DNA from: Anolis carolinensis
Taxonomy: Eukaryota
Length of the DNA stretch: 64,000 nt
Direction: 5' to 3'
NCBI RefSeq assembly: GCF_035594765.1
Contig: NW_026943818.1
Coordinates: forward strand, 30,625,559-30,689,558
Shown in pieces: positions 19,976-33,039 of this stretch. The notes below the pieces were generated by a model that saw only the letters and a list, made by a program, of their open reading frames with translations, did not search any database and was not told the origin of the DNA. Position numbers and translations under genes: made by a program. Each line of letters starts with the position of its first letter. Positions within the stretch are counted from its first letter, which is position 1.

Positions 19976-20298
19976 CAGTAGAGTCTCACTTATCCAAGTC
20001 CCGCTTATCCAAGCCTCTGGATAATCCAAGCCATTTTTGTAGTCAATGTTTTCAATACATCATGATATTTTGGTGCTAAATTCATAAATACAGTAATTAC
20101 AACATAACATTACTGCGTATTGAACTACTTTTTCTGTCAAATTTGTTATATAACATGATGTTTTGGTGCTTAATTTGTAAAATCATAACCTAATTTTATT
20201 TTTAATAGGCTTTTCCTTAATCCCTCCTTATTATCCAAGATATTTGCTTATCCAAGCTTCTGCCGGCCCGTTTAGCTTGGATAAGTGAGACTCTACTG
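19976..20298. mobile_element. Tc1/mariner-type MITE
   Basis: Same TIRs, TA flanks. Confidence 0.85.
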
Positions 20299-20350
20299 TA
20301 ATATGCTTTGTCATATTGTGTCTTTGTGTCAATAATAATAATAATAATAA

Positions 20351-20720
20351 TAGGGTTGCTGTGAGTGTTCAAGACTGCCTGGCCCTATTCCAGTAGCATT
20401 CTCTCCTGATGTTTCGCCTGCATCTATGTGCAGCAGGTTGAAAAAAAGGAAGGTTTATATCCCTGTGGAATAATGTGGGAATGTTGTCATTAGTCACCTT
20501 GATCAGCACTGAGTAGCCTTGCAAACTTCATGTCTCGGCCTGGGGGAATCCTTTGTGGAGAGGCGTTATCTGGCCCTGATTGTTTCCTGCCTGGAATGCC
20601 CATTTTCCAGAGTGTTGTTCTTTATTTACTGTCCTGATTTTGGTGGATTTCAGCGGCTTCCCTGTGTCGCCTGACATGGTGGTTGTGAGAGTGGTCCAGT
20701 GTTTCTGTGTCCTCCAATCA
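20351..20720. mobile_element. Degenerate Penelope-like element fragment
   Basis: GGGTTGCTGTGAGT...GCATTCTCTCCTGATGTTTCGCCTGCATCTATG (partial hammerhead-type motif on the minus strand), followed by a segment homologous to 6745-6935. Confidence 0.6.
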
Positions 20721-20837
20721 TATGCTTTGCTTGTTGTTTGTTTGTTTGTTTGTTTGTGTGTTTGTGGTGCGGCTGGGCACCTTCCTTCTTGCCAATCTGG
20801 GTCTTCTTGTGTACATTTTCCCCCTTCCTTGTGTTTC

Positions 20838-20874
<37 letters not shown>

Positions 20875-21258
20875 ATCTGCCTGCCTGCCTGCCTTCGGAG
20901 GAGGAGGAGGGAGATATAAATAAACAGAAACAGCCGTCAACAAGGAGGAGGCGGAGGAAGGAAAGGGAAGCCTGCGGTCACACGTGGAGAGCCAGCCAGC
21001 CAGGCAGGCACTCATTGATTTGCATGGCAGGATGAGGCCTGTCAGGTCCCATCATCCCCAGGAAAAGGGCAGCTCATAGATGCTAATGGGAGCCCAAGGG
21101 AGGTAGGCAGGCAGGCAGACCTATTAAAGGCTAATAATATTAATAATAATAATAATAATAATAATAATTAATAATGGGAGCCAAAAGGCGGCAGGCACGC
21201 AGACCTATAAAAGGCCTATTATTATTATTGTTGTTGTTGTTGTTGTTGTTATTTTATT

Positions 21259-21557
21259 ATGACACAGCAAACAAGATAGACATGCTGGATTTCGTATCAC
21301 AAAATCCCAAGTCGAACACTTCCCAAGTGTCTAGGACTGTGTGATGTATTATTATTATTATTATTATGACACAGCAAACAAGATAGACATGCTGGATTTC
21401 GTATCACAAAATCCCAAGTCGAACACTTCCCAAGTGTCTAGGACTGTGTGATGTATTATTATTATTATTATTATGACACAGCAAACAAGATAGACATGCT
21501 GGATTTCGTATCACAAAATCCCAAATCGAACACTTCCCAAGTGTCTAGGACTGTGTG

Positions 21558-21607
<50 letters not shown>

Positions 21608-21699
21608 GATGATGACACAGCAAACAAGATAGACATGCTGGATTTCATATCACAAAATCACAAGTCGAACACTTCCCAAGTGTCTAGGACTCTGTGATG

Positions 21700-21736
<37 letters not shown>

Positions 21737-21939
21737 TTATTATGACACAGCAAACAAGATAAGACATGCTGGATTTCATATCACAAAACCACAAGTCGAA
21801 CACTTCCCAAGTGTCTAGGACTGTGTGATGTATTTTCGGATGATGCGTGCAGGTCCCAGTCGGGTGGCCTTTTGCAGTTGGCAGATCGTGATTTTGTCAA
21901 TGTCTATGGTTTCCAAATGCCGGCTGAGATCTTTTGGCA

Positions 21940-21940
<1 letters not shown>
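21259..21940 (-). mobile_element. Cluster of five R4/Dong LINE 3' ends separated by (TAT)n
   Basis: Units at about 21259-21350, 21365-21455, 21473-21558, 21613-21700 and 21742-21940; the last encodes the ORF terminus VPKDLSRHLETIDIDKITICQLQKATRLGPARIIRKYITQS*. Confidence 0.8.
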
Positions 21941-21994
<54 letters not shown>

Positions 21995-22001
21995 TATGTG
22001 A

Positions 22002-22272
22002 AGGAGCCTTCGGTGGCCTAGGGGATAAAAGCCTCGTGACTTGAAGGTTGGGTTGCTGACCTGAAGGCTGCCAGGTTCGAATCCCACCCGGGGAGAGTGC
22101 GGATGAGCTCCCTCTATCAGCTCCAGCTCCATGCGGGACATGAGAGAAGCCTCCCACAAGGATGATAAAACATAAAAACATCCGGGCAATGTCCCCTGGG
22201 CAACGTCCTTGCAGACGGCCAATTCTCTCACTCCAGAAGCGACTCCGGTTGCTCCTGACACACAAAAAAAAA
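22002..22272 (+). mobile_element. tRNA-derived SINE
   Basis: A-box-like GGTGGCCTAGGGG, B-box GGTTCGAATCC and a 3' A-tail; flanked on both sides by ATTTATGTGAA (TSD-like). Confidence 0.85.
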
Positions 22273-22336
22273 TTTATGTGAATCCGCTTAGAGTCTTCTT
22301 CGGGAGAGATAAAGCAGGATATAAATTAAAAATAAT

Positions 22337-22378
<42 letters not shown>

Positions 22379-22739
22379 TATCCATCCTTTTGCTCCTCCA
22401 TGGACTCAGACGGATCCTAATCCTGCCCGATCCTCCCTCCAGGCATTTTTCTCCCTCTCCGTCTCCTGGCTTTGCCGCCTGGCTGCGCACAGATGTGCCT
22501 CCAGCTGTTCCCCGCCTCTGCGCTTCCTCCCGCCCGCTTGCCTGCTTCTTCCCGATTAGCATTATCCTCCTGGAGCCATTCATGCGCTTCTGCGCTCCTG
22601 CCTGCCTGCCTGCGCCAGCCATTCACGTTCCTATGAAGCCCCAGCAGTGTGATAAATCCCTTGCTGGACCTCTGGACATCAGCCACGTTCACAACTGGGC
22701 ATGGCAGGACGTCTCTCCCTCACTCAGGTTGGACCTCGG

Positions 22740-25700
22740 CTTAAGCAGGGCCTTTCTCCCTCCCTCGGGCTGAGCCTTCTCCTTAAGCAGGACTTTCTCC
22801 CTCCCTCGGGCTGAGCCTTTCACATCAGCAAGGCCTTTCTCTCTCCCTTGGGCTGAGCCTTCCACATGAGCAGTACTTTTTCCCTCCCTCAGGTTGGGCT
22901 TTATTAAGCAGGACCTTTCTCCGTCCCTCGGGCTGAGCCTTCCACATTTGCAAGGCCTTTCTCTCTCCCTTGGGCTGAGCCTTCCACATTCGCAAGGCCT
23001 TTCTCCCTCCTTCAGGCTGAGCCTTCCACATCAGCAAGGCCTTTCTCCCACCTTCGGGCTGAGCCTTCCACATTTGCAAGGCCTTTCTCTCTCCCTTGGG
23101 CTGAGCCTTCGACATTCGCAAGGCTTTTCTCCCTCCTTCGGGCTGAGCCTTCCACATTCGCAAGGCCTTTCTCCCTCCTTCGGGCTGAGCCTTCCACATT
23201 CGCAAGGCCTTTCTCCCTCCTTCGGGCTGAGCCTTCCACATCAGCAAGGCCTTTCTCTCTCCCTTGGGCTGAGCCTTCGACATTCGCAAGGCCTTTCTCC
23301 CTCCTTCGGGCTGAGCCTTCCACATTCGCAAGGCCTTTCTCCCTCCTTCGGGCTGAGCCTTCCACATTCGCAAGGCCTTTCTCCCTCCTTCGGGCTGAGC
23401 CTTCCACATTTGCAAGGCCTTTCTCTCTCCCTTGGGCTGAGCCTTCGACATTCGCAAGGCCTTTCTCCCTCCTTCGGGCTGAGCCTTCCACATTCGCAAG
23501 GCCTTTCTCCCTCCTTCGGGCTGAGCCTTCCACATTCGCAAGGCCTTTCTCCCTCCTTCGGGCTGAGCCTTCCACATCAGCAAGGCCTTTCTCTCTCCCT
23601 TGGGCTGAGCCTTCGACATTCGCAAGGCCTTTCTCCCTCCTTCGGGCTGAGCCTTCCACATTCGCAAGGCCTTTCTCCCTCCTTCGGGCTGAGCCTTCCA
23701 CATTCGCAAGGCCTTTCTCCCTCCTTCGGGCTGAGCCTTCCACATCAGCAAGGCCTTTCTCTCTCCCTTGGGCTGAGCCTTCGACATTCGCAAGGCCTTT
23801 CTCCCTCCTTCGGGCTGAGCCTTCCACATTCGCAAGGCCTTTCTCCCTCCTTCGGGCTGAGCCTTCGACATTCGCAAGGCCTTTCTCCCTCCTTCGGGCT
23901 GAGCCTTCCACATTCGCAAGGCCTTTCTCCCTCCTTCGGGCTGAGCCTTCCACATTCGCAAGGCCTTTCTCCCTCCTTCGGGCTGAGCCTTCCACATCAG
24001 CAAGGCCTTTCTCTCTCCCTTGGGCTGAGCCTTCCACATTCGCAAGGCCTTTCTCCCACCTTCGGGCTGAGCCTTCCACATTTGCAAGGCCTTTCTCTCT
24101 CCCTTGGGCTGAGCCTTCGACATTCGCAAGGCCTTTCTCCCTCCTTCGGGCTGAGCCTTCGACATTCGCAAGGCCTTTCTCCCTCCTTCGGGCTGAGCCT
24201 TCCACATTCGCAAGGCCTTTCTCCCTCCTTCGGGCTGAGCCTTCCACATCAGCAAGGCCTTTCTCTCTCCCTTGGGCTGAGCCTTCGACATTCGCAAGGC
24301 CTTTCTCCCTCCTTCGGGCTGAGCCTTCCACATTCGCAAGGCCTTTCTCCCTCCTTCGGGCTGAGCCTTCCACATCAGCAAGGCCTTTCTCTCTCCCTTG
24401 GGCTGAGCCTTCCACATTCGCAAGGCCTTTCTCCCACCTTCGGGCTGAGCCTTCCACATTTGCAAGGCCTTTCTCTCTCCCTTGGGCTGAGCCTTCGACA
24501 TTCGCAAGGCCTTTCTCCCTCCTTCGGGCTGAGCCTTCCACATTCGCAAGGCCTTTCTCCCTCCTTCGGGCTGAGCCTTCGACATTCGCAAGGCCTTTCT
24601 CCCTCCTTCGGGCTGAGCCTTCCACATTCGCAAGGCCTTTCTCCCTCCTTCGGGCTGAGCCTTCCACATTTGCAAGGCCTTTCTCTCTCCCTTGGGCTGA
24701 GCCTTCGACATTCGCAAGGCCTTTCTCCCTCCTTCGGGCTGAGCCTTCCACATTTGCAAGGCCTTTCTCTCTCCCTTGGGCTGAGCCTTTGACATTCGCA
24801 AGGCCTTTCTCCCTCCTTCGGGCTGAGCCTTCCACATTCGCAAGGCCTTTCTCCCTCCCTTGGGCTGAGCCTTCGACATTCGCAAGGCCTTTCTCCCTCC
24901 TTCGGGCTGAGCCTTCCACATTCGCAAGGCCTTTCTCTCTCCCTTGGGCTGAGCCTTTGACATTCGCAGGACCTTTCTCTCTCCCTTGGGCTGAGCCTTC
25001 GACATTCGCAAGGCCTTTCTCCCTCCTTCGGGCTGAGCCTTCCACATTCGCAAGGCCTTTCTCTCTCCCTTGGGCTGAGCCTTCCACATTCGCAAGGCCT
25101 TTCTCTCTCCCTTGGGCTGAGCCTTCGACATTCGCAAGGCCTTTCACCCTCCTTCGGGCTGAGCCTTCCACATCAGCAAGGCCTTTCTCCCACCTTCGGG
25201 CTGAGCCTTCCACATTCGCAAGGCCTTTCTCCCACCTTCGGGCTGAGCCTTCCACATTTGCAAGGCCTTTCTCTCTCCCTTGGGCTGAGCCTTCGACATT
25301 CGCAAGGCCTTTCTCCCTCCTTCGGGCTGAGCCTTCGACATTCGCAAGGCCTTTCTCCCTCCTTCGGGCTGAGCCTTCCACATTCGCAAGGCCTTTCTCC
25401 CTCCTTCGGGCTGAGCCTTCCACATCAGCAAGGCCTTTCTCTCTCCCTTGGGCTGAGCCTTCGACATTCGCAAGGCCTTTCTCCCTCCTTCGGGCTGAGC
25501 CTTCCACATTTGCAAGGCCTTTCTCTCTCCCTTGGGCTGAGCCTTTGACATTCGCAAGGCCTTTCTCCCTCCTTCGGGCTGAGCCTTCCACATTCGCAAG
25601 GCCTTTCTCCCTCCCTTGGGCTGAGCCTTCGACATTCGCAAGGCCTTTCTCCCTCCTTCAGGCTGAGCCTTCCACATTCGCAAGGCCTTTCTCCCTCCTT

Positions 25701-26105
25701 CGGGCTGAGCCTTCCACATCAGCAAGGCCTTTCTCTCTCCCTTGGGCTGAGCCTTCGACATTCGCAAGGCCTTTCTCCCTCCTTCGGGCTGAGCCTTCCA
25801 CATTCGCAAGGCCTTTCTCTCTCCCTTGGGCTGAGCCTTTGACATTCGCAGGACCTTTCTCCCTACCTTGGGCTGAGCCTTCGACATTCGCAAGGCCTTT
25901 CACCCTCCTTCGGGCTGAGCCTTCCACATCAGCAAGGCCTTTCTCCCACCTTCGGGCTGAGCCTTCCACATCAGCAAGGCTTTTCTCCCTCCTTTGGGCT
26001 GAGCCTTCCACATTTGCAGGGCCTTTCTCCCTCCTTCAGGCTGAGCCTTCCACATCAGCAAGGCCTTTCTCCCTCCCTCGGGCTGAGCCTTCCACATTCG
26101 CAGGG
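22740..26105. repeat. 42-bp GC-rich minisatellite, about 80 copies with interspersed variants
   Basis: Unit GGGCTGAGCCTTCCACATTCGCAAGGCCTTTCTCCCTCCTTC; variants at TTCCAC/TTCGAC, ATTCGC/ATCAGC/ATTTGC and CCCTCCTTC/CTCTCCCTT. Confidence 0.97.
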
Positions 26106-26655
26106 TCCACAAGAGAGTCACCAGGGGCCCCCAAAGGCCATCCATCCCAACCTGCTCCTTCCTGAGAAGCTCCATCACTGGTTTATTTGCTTCAGAAGGA
26201 AGGAAATAGTCATAGCTGAGGCCACAGGTGTGCTCTTCCTTGGTGTTGTTGTTGTTGGTTTGTTTGTCTGAGGAAGGTTGCAGTGTGCAAGGGTGCCTCT
26301 GGGCCCATGCAGAGTGCCCTCCCCCAGTCTCTCCTCTCTTCTCTTCTTTTCAATCCTGCGAATGGATCCAGAGCAGGAGGTCCCCCGGGACGTTGCCTTC
26401 ATTAACGAAGGAAATAGGCCTGCCGGTCCCATAGGAACGGACTCAGCAAAACCTATTTAGGAGGGAAAGGAAGGAGGGAAGGAAGGAAGGTCATCGAGGC
26501 CGGGAAAGAAGGAAGGGAGGAAGAAGGAAAGAAATAAATTAATAATTTATAAATATATAATATATTGTATATACATACAATATTGATAATAATATAATGT
26601 AATACAATATTATACTACTAATAATACAATATAATAATATTAATTATATATTATA

Positions 26656-27109
26656 CTAGCTGTGCCTGGCCACGCGTTGCTGTGGCAAAGTGGTGGTGGT
26701 ATTGGTTAAAAATTGTTGTGTAATTTTTATTTGACGTTATTTGCATTTTTTAATCAATTTTATTGTAAGTTATATTTTTATTTATTATATTTTATTATTT
26801 TCTTGTATTATTTTTAGTTATTTTCTGTTATTATAGTATTTTATTGTATTAATTTTTTAGTGTTTTTTATTAAATTTTTTTGGGTTGCTAGGAGACCAAG
26901 TGGGCGGAGCTTAGCCTTCTAACTGGCAGCCATTGGATAAAAGCAATTATTCCTCTCTCTCTAATTAAGACTTTATTTTTCTTTTCTTTTGTTGTATCAA
27001 CCTAGAGGTGTGGATGATGGGTTGTGTTGTCAAATTTCGAGGTTGGGGGGCCTGTAGTTTTGTTGTTTTGTGGGTCGCCGCGATGCCATCACTCTTTTAT
27101 ATATATAGA
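26656..27109 (-). mobile_element. Non-autonomous Helitron, followed by an opposite-orientation Helitron 5' fragment at about 27135-27240
   Basis: TC start; hairpin plus CTAG end on the minus strand; same family as 1337-1876. Confidence 0.8.
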
Positions 27110-28869
27110 TATTAAATGTAATATTACTTAATAATCTATATATATAAAAGGGTAATGAAATTTGGGCCTGGAAATAAACAACAAAACTAAATGCCCCAGA
27201 ACCACGAAACTTGACAACAGAACCCAATGGCCTTGCCACTAGGTTCCTACCATGAAACTGAAGGAAAGCCTCTCCAAAATGGATAATAATAATAATAATA
27301 ATAGTATAATGATGATGGTAACACTGTGCAACACGGCACTTCCTCCTGGGCAATCCATGTCCGTGATAATCCTATCACGATGAGGGTGACGATGAGGATC
27401 CTGATGCTGATCAGGGCAGCGGGGCCGCTTCCCGTCTGCCGGCCTTGGCACACGTCCCTCCCCGGGANNNNNNNNNNNNNNNNNNNNNNNNNNNNNNNNN
27501 NNNNNNNNNNNNNNNNNNNNNNNNNNNNNNNNNNNNNNNNNNNNNNNNNNNNNNNNNNNNNNNNNNNNNNNNNNNNNNNNNNNNNNNNNNNNNNNNNNNN
27601 NNNNNNNNNNNNNNNNNNNNNNCATTCCTTANNNNNNNNNNNNNNNNNNNNNNNNNNNNNNNNNNNNNNNNNNNNNNNNNNNNNNNNNNNNNNNNNNNNN
27701 NNNNNNNNNNNNNNNNNNNNNNNNNNNNNNNNNNNNNNNNNNNNNNNNNNNNNNNNNNNNNNNNNNNNNNNNNNNNNNNNNNNNNNNNNNNNNNNNNNNN
27801 NNNNNNNNNNNNNNNNNNNNNNNNNNNNNNNNNNNNNNNNNNNNNNNNNNNNNNNNNNNNNNNNNNNNNNNNNNNNNNNNNNNNNNNNNNNNNNNNNNNN
27901 NNNNNNNNNNNNNNNNNNNNNNNNNNNNNNNNNNNNNNNNNNNNNNNNNNNNNNNNNNNNNNNNNNNNNNNNNNNNNNNNNNNNNNNNNNNNNNNNNNNN
28001 NNNNNNNNNNNNNNNNNNNNNNNNNNNNNNNNNNNNNNNNNNNNNNNNNNNNNNNNNNNNNNNNNNNNNNNNNNNNNNNNNNNNNNNNNNNNNNNNNNNN
28101 NNNNNNNNNNNNNNNNNNNNNNNNNNNNNNNNNNNNNNNNNNNNNNNNNNNNNNNNNNNNNNNNNNNNNNNNNNNNNNNNNNNNNNNNNNNNNNNNNNNN
28201 NNNNNNNNNNNNNNNNNNNNNNNNNNNNNNNNNNNNNNNNNNNNNNNNNNNNNNNNNNNNNNNNNNNNNNNNNNNNNNNNNNNNNNNNNNNNNNNNNNGG
28301 GCCGTGTGGCCATCTGCTGGGAGGGGTCGCGTGGTGATCTTTTCCGTCCTGTCAAGGAGGGGGGGCCGGGGCTGATGCCTGCTCTTGTCTCCCTTCCTTC
28401 TAACAGGTGGTGCCCTCCGCCCCTGCCTGGCCTTNNNNNNNNNNNNNNNNNNNNNNNNNNNNNNNNNNNNNNNNNNNNNNNNNNNNNNNNNNNNNNNNNN
28501 NNNNNNNNNNNNNNNNNNNNNNNNNNNNNNNNNNNNNNNNNNNNNNNNNNNNNNNNNNNNNNNNNNNNNNNNNNNNTGCCTCCCCCGCCCCCCCTCCCTA
28601 CCCTCCCTCCTTGGGCGGCTGCGGCTGCCAATTGTCATCTGGCTCCGCCACTCATTCTCGCAAAGAGGGCAACCGGGAGGAGGAGGAGGAGGAGGAGGAG
28701 GATGCCAGGCTGAGAGCAGCGGCAGGCGGTGGTGGTGGTGCTGCTCCTGCGTCGGAAGGAAGGAAGGAAGGAAGGAAGGAAGGAAGGCAGATGCAACCCT
28801 TGAACCGAGGAAGGAGAGAAGGAGGAAGAGGAGGATGAGGAACAGGGCCCCCGAGGAACAGGTGAGCCC

Positions 28870-29819
28870 TCCCCTCCCTCATCTCTCCCCTTCTCTCTTC
28901 CTCTCTCCTTCTTTCCCTCCATCCTTTCCTTCCTTCCTTCTTTCCCTTCTCCTCCCGCTCTCCTCCTGCTCCTTCCTTCCCGCCCTCATTTCCTCTCCTT
29001 CCTTCCTCTCCTTCCTTCCTTCCCTTCTTTCCTCTTTTTCTCTCCTTCCTTCCCTCCTCTGTTTTCTTCCTTCCCTCATTTCATCCATACTTCCTTCCTT
29101 TTCTTCTTTCCTTCCCTCTCTCCTTCCCTTCCCTTCCTTTCCTTTCCTTTCCCTTCCTTCCCATCCCTCCTTCATATCCTTCCTTTCCTTTTCCCCTCTC
29201 ATTTCCTCTCCTTTCCTTTCCTTCTTCCCTTTCATTTCCTCCCTTCCTCCATGCTCCCTTCACTCCTTCCTTCCTTCCTTCCTTCCTTCCTTCCTTCCTT
29301 CCTTCCTTCCCGGCTGCTGCGGCCGATGCTTCCGAGGAATGTGGGGCCGCAAAGTGGGCTCTGTTTGGGGGTGGGCTGCGCTCCGTGGGACCCTGGGAGG
29401 CATGCATTCATGTCGGGGGAGGGATGGGGCAGGCTAGATGCCCTCGAGGGGACCCCAGGCCCAAAGCGTGACTCCCAGGGAAAAGAGGCAGGACAGCCGT
29501 GCGAGAAATGTTCCCAACAATCAGCTAAATACGGTTCTGATCCTGTCCCAGGGGTGTCATCAGGCAGAGAGACAGAGAGAGAGAACGAGAACAAGAGAGA
29601 GAGAGAGAACGAGATATATATATAGAGAGAGAACGAGAGAGAGAGCAAGAACAAGAGAGAGAGAGAGAGCGAGAGAGAACGAGATATATATATATAAAGA
29701 GAGAACGAGAGAGAGAACAAGAGATAGATAGAGAGAGAGAACGAGAGATAGAGAGAACAAGATATATATACAGAGAGAGAACAAGAGAGAACAAGAAAAA
29801 GAGATAGAGAGAGAGAACG

Positions 29820-29855
<36 letters not shown>

Positions 29856-30060
29856 CAAGAACAAGAGAGAGAGAGAACGAGATATATATATAATGAGAGA
29901 GAGAGAGAGAACAAGAGATAGATAGAGAGAGAGAACAAGATATATAGAGAGAGAGAACGAGAGAGAACAAGAGAGAGAGAGAGAGAACGAGATATATATA
30001 TATAGAGAGAGAGAGAATGAGAGATAGGGATAGAGAGAGAGAGAACGAGAGAACGAGCCT
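28870..30060. repeat. Low-complexity CT-rich and GA/TA microsatellite tracts
   Basis: (CCTT)n-type tract 28870-29310; (GA)n/(TA)n mosaic 29565-30055. Confidence 0.85.
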
Positions 30061-30389
30061 TGCTCTCGCTTCCTTCCAGCCTCACTCCTTCCCACCTTTC
30101 CCCCCTCCCTCCCTCCCTCCCTCCCTCCCGAATGCAAATCATAGGAGATTATTGTGTAATGAGAGCGGGGAAGAGAGAGAGAAGGGGAACAAAAGGAAAA
30201 CGAGGGAGGGAGGTATTTTTAGCTCCCAAAGCAGAGGCATTATTAGCGTTGTTGTGGTGGTGGTGGTTGTTGTTATCGCAAGGGCAGCCAGGGAGCAGCG
30301 GGGCGTCTGGGACGCTTAATCCCTAATTTGCAAAGAATGCCTTCGTCAAATGCAGGGTGACAGGCCCTAAAAGGAAGGGGCGGGAAGCA

Positions 30390-31030
30390 GGGCCTTTCTC
30401 CCTCCCTCGGGCTGAGCCTTCAACATGAGCATGGCTTTTCTCCCTTGGGCTGAGCCTTCTTAAGCAGGACTTTCTCCCTCCCTCAGGCTGAGCCTTCCAC
30501 ATTCGCAGGGCTTTTCTCCCTTGGGCTGAGCCTTCCACATTCGCAGGGCCTTTCTCTCTCCCTTGGGCTGAGCCTTCTTAAGCAGGGCCTTTCTCCCTTG
30601 GGCTGAGCCTTCAACATGAGCATGGCTTTTCTCCCTTGGGCTGAGCCTTCCACATTCGCAGGGCCTTTCTCTCTCCCTTGGGCTGTGCCTTCAACATGAG
30701 CATGGCTTTTCTCGGGCTGAGCCTTCTTAAGAAGTGCCTTTCTCCCTCCCTTGGGCTGAGCCTTCAACATGAGCATGGCTTTTCTCCCTTGGGCTGAGCC
30801 TTCCACATTCGCAGGGCCTTTCTCCCTCGGGCTGAGCCTTCCACATTCGCAGGGCCTTTCTCTCTCCCTTGGGCTGAGCCTTCAACATGAGCATGGCTTT
30901 TCTCGGGCTGAGCCTTCTTAAGCAGGGCCTTTCTCTCTCCCTTGGGCTGAGCCTTCCACATGAGCATGGCTTTTCTCCTTCAGGCTGAGCCTTCCCCTTA
31001 AGCAGGACTTTCTCCATCCCTCGGGCTGAT
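30390..31030. repeat. Degenerate sister array of the 42-bp minisatellite, immediately upstream of the LINGO3 coding exon
   Basis: GGGCTGAGCCTT core with CCACATTCGCAGGG, CAACATGAGCATGG and CTTAAGCAGG variants. Confidence 0.9.
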
Positions 31031-31125
31031 GCCCCCGTTTTCTTCTGTCTCCTTCCCTCCCTTGCAGGAGCGTGGGGAGATGCTGCCACTGCTGCCCTGC
31101 TGCCCGTAGGACCCCGTGCCCCGCC

Positions 31126-32994
31126 ATGAGGCCATGTGCCTGCCCCCCGCTGCTCCGCCGCCACCGCTACCTTCCGGCGGGCCGCGTCCTGCTGCTGGCG
31201 CTGCCCTGGGCCCTGCTGAGCGCGGCCCCGCTCTCGGCCTGCCCGGCCCGCTGCGAGTGCGTCCCGCAGGTGCGCTCGGTGCTGTGCCAGCGCCGCCGCC
31301 TGACCGCGCTCCCGGAGGGCATCCCGACCGAGACGCGGGTGCTGGAGCTGAGCCGCAACCGCCTGCGCTGCCTGACGGCCGGGGAGCTGTCGGCCTTCCC
31401 GCTGCTGGAGGAGCTGGACCTGAGCGAGAACGCGCTGGCCGGGCTGGAGCCGGGGGCCTTCGGGGGGCTGCCCCAGCTGCGGGCCCTGCGCCTGCGCGGC
31501 AACCAGCTCCGCCTGCTGCCCGCGGGGCTCTTTGCGGGGCTGGCCAACCTCACGCTGCTGGACCTGAGCGAGAACCGGCTGGTGGTGCTGCTGGACGACA
31601 CCTTCCTGGGCCTGCGCCGGCTGCAGGCCCTGGGCCTGGGCGACAACGACCTGGTCTACATCTCCCGCCGGGCCTTCGCCGGCCTGGCCGCCCTCCGGGA
31701 GCTGACCCTGGAGCGCTGCAACCTGACGGCGCTCTCGGCCGAGTCGCTCGCCCGGCTGCCGGCCCTGGAGGCCCTGCGCCTGCGCCACCTGGCCGTGCCC
31801 GCCCTGGACGAGGACAACTTCCGGCGGCTGCCGGCCCTGCGGACGCTGGAGATCGACGACTGGCCCTTCCTGGAGGAGGTCCCGCCGGGGGGCTTCCGGG
31901 GCCTGAACCTGACCTGGCTCTCGGTCACCAACGCCAACCTGTCCGCCGTGCCCTCCCCGGCGCTGCGCCCGCTGGCCCACCTGGCCTGCCTCAACCTCTC
32001 CTTCAACCCCATCCGCACCATCCCCGGCGGGGCCTTCCGGGACCTGCCGCGGCTGCGGGAGCTGCACCTGGCGGGGGCCCTGCTGGCGAGCGTGGAGCCC
32101 CGGGCGCTCTTCGGCCTGCGCCAGATCCGCCTGCTCAACCTCTCCGCCAACTTCCTGCCCACGCTGGAGGAGGCCGCCTTCCACTCGGTCAACAGCCTGG
32201 AGACGCTGCGCCTGGACCGCAACCCGCTGGTCTGCGACTGCCGCCTGCTGTGGGTGCTGCAGCGCCGCAAGACGCTCGACTTTGACGGGCAGCTGCCCAC
32301 CTGCTCCTCGCCGCCGGGGATCCCGGGGGACGCGCTGCGAGCGCTCCCGGACGCCGTGCTCTTCGAGTTCTTCACCTGCCAGCGGCCGCGCATCCGGGAG
32401 CGGCGCCTGCAGCGGGTGACGGCGCTCGAGGGGCAGCCGGTGTCCTTCCTGTGCCGCGCCGAGGGGCAGCCGCCGCCCGAGGTGCGCTGGGTCTCCCCGC
32501 AGCACCGCCTCATCCCGGCGCGTGGCGGTGCCGGAGCCCGTGTCTCGGTGCTGCCCGGCGGCACGCTGGAGATCCGCCACGCGCAGCCCCAGGACAGCGG
32601 CACCTACATCTGCGTGGCCAGCAACGCCGGCGGGAACGACACCTACTTCGCCTCGCTGGCGGTCAAGGGCGCCGAGGGCAACCGCTCCGCCCTGCTGGCC
32701 GCCGGGCTGGACGGCGCAGACTTCAACGAGAGCAGCGCCGGCGGCGGGAACGGGACGCAGGTGGTGCTGAAGTTCACGCTGGACCTGAAGACCATCCTGG
32801 TCTCCACCGCCATGGGCTGCATCATGTTCCTGGGCGTGGTGCTCTTCTGCTTCCTGCTGCTCTTCGTCTGGAGCCGCGGGCGCGGGCAGCACAAGAACCA
32901 CTTCTCCGTGGAGTACTCCTTCCGCAAGGCCGACGGGCCCTCCTCCGCCGCCGGGCAGGGGGGCGCACGCAAGTTCAACATGAAGATGATCTGA
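31126..32994 (+). CDS. LINGO3: Leucine-rich repeat and Ig domain-containing Nogo receptor-interacting protein 3; single coding exon, 622 aa
   Basis: Signal peptide, LRRNT CPARCEC, LRR array, [16 protein letters not shown], Ig domain, TM ([26 protein letters not shown]) and LINGO3-type tail [11 protein letters not shown]. Acceptor at 31067; first in-frame ATG in GCCATG context at 31126. Confidence 0.95.
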   Translation: MRPCACPPLLRRHRYLPAGRVLLLALPWALLSAAPLSACPARCECVPQVRSVLCQRRRLTALPEGIPTETRVLELSRNRLRCLTAGELSAFPLLEELDLSENALAGLEPGAFGGLPQLRALRLRGNQLRLLPAGLFAGLANLTLLDLSENRLVVLLDDTFLGLRRLQALGLGDNDLVYISRRAFAGLAALRELTLERCNLTALSAESLARLPALEALRLRHLAVPALDEDNFRRLPALRTLEIDDWPFLEEVPPGGFRGLNLTWLSVTNANLSAVPSPALRPLAHLACLNLSFNPIRTIPGGAFRDLPRLRELHLAGALLASVEPRALFGLRQIRLLNLSANFLPTLEEAAFHSVNSLETLRLDRNPLVCDCRLLWVLQRRKTLDFDGQLPTCSSPPGIPGDALRALPDAVLFEFFTCQRPRIRERRLQRVTALEGQPVSFLCRAEGQPPPEVRWVSPQHRLIPARGGAGARVSVLPGGTLEIRHAQPQDSGTYICVASNAGGNDTYFASLAVKGAEGNRSALLAAGLDGADFNESSAGGGNGTQVVLKFTLDLKTILVSTAMGCIMFLGVVLFCFLLLFVWSRGRGQHKNHFSVEYSFRKADGPSSAAGQGGARKFNMKMI

Positions 32995-33039
32995 CCTAAG
33001 GGGGGGGGTCCATGGGGGGGGGACGGCACGCCGGCTGCG

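Noticed and set aside
20900-21030. TATA, E-box and octamer cluster as a promoter
   Set aside because: Short motifs without supporting exon structure; cannot be distinguished from chance
21259-21940. CRISPR-like repeat/spacer appearance (also 38500-39350 and 54861-59100)
   Set aside because: Vertebrate DNA, spacers are only TAT microsatellites, repeats derive from LINE or exon sequence, no cas genes
22002-22090. tRNA gene
   Set aside because: A/B boxes belong to a SINE head with body, A-tail and TSD; no complete cloverleaf
22825-26178. Long ORFs (up to 859 aa) of 14-aa repeats on both strands
   Set aside because: By-product of a 42-bp minisatellite open in several frames; no unique coding flanks or splice context
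27239-28713. ORFs spanning N runs (also 5184-5638 and 62218-62472)
   Set aside because: Artefacts of assembly gaps
31072-31125. LINGO3 start at 31072 as given in the ORF track
   Set aside because: That codon is GTG; the first in-frame ATG with Kozak context is at 31126, and the candidate upstream donors do not supply an in-frame start
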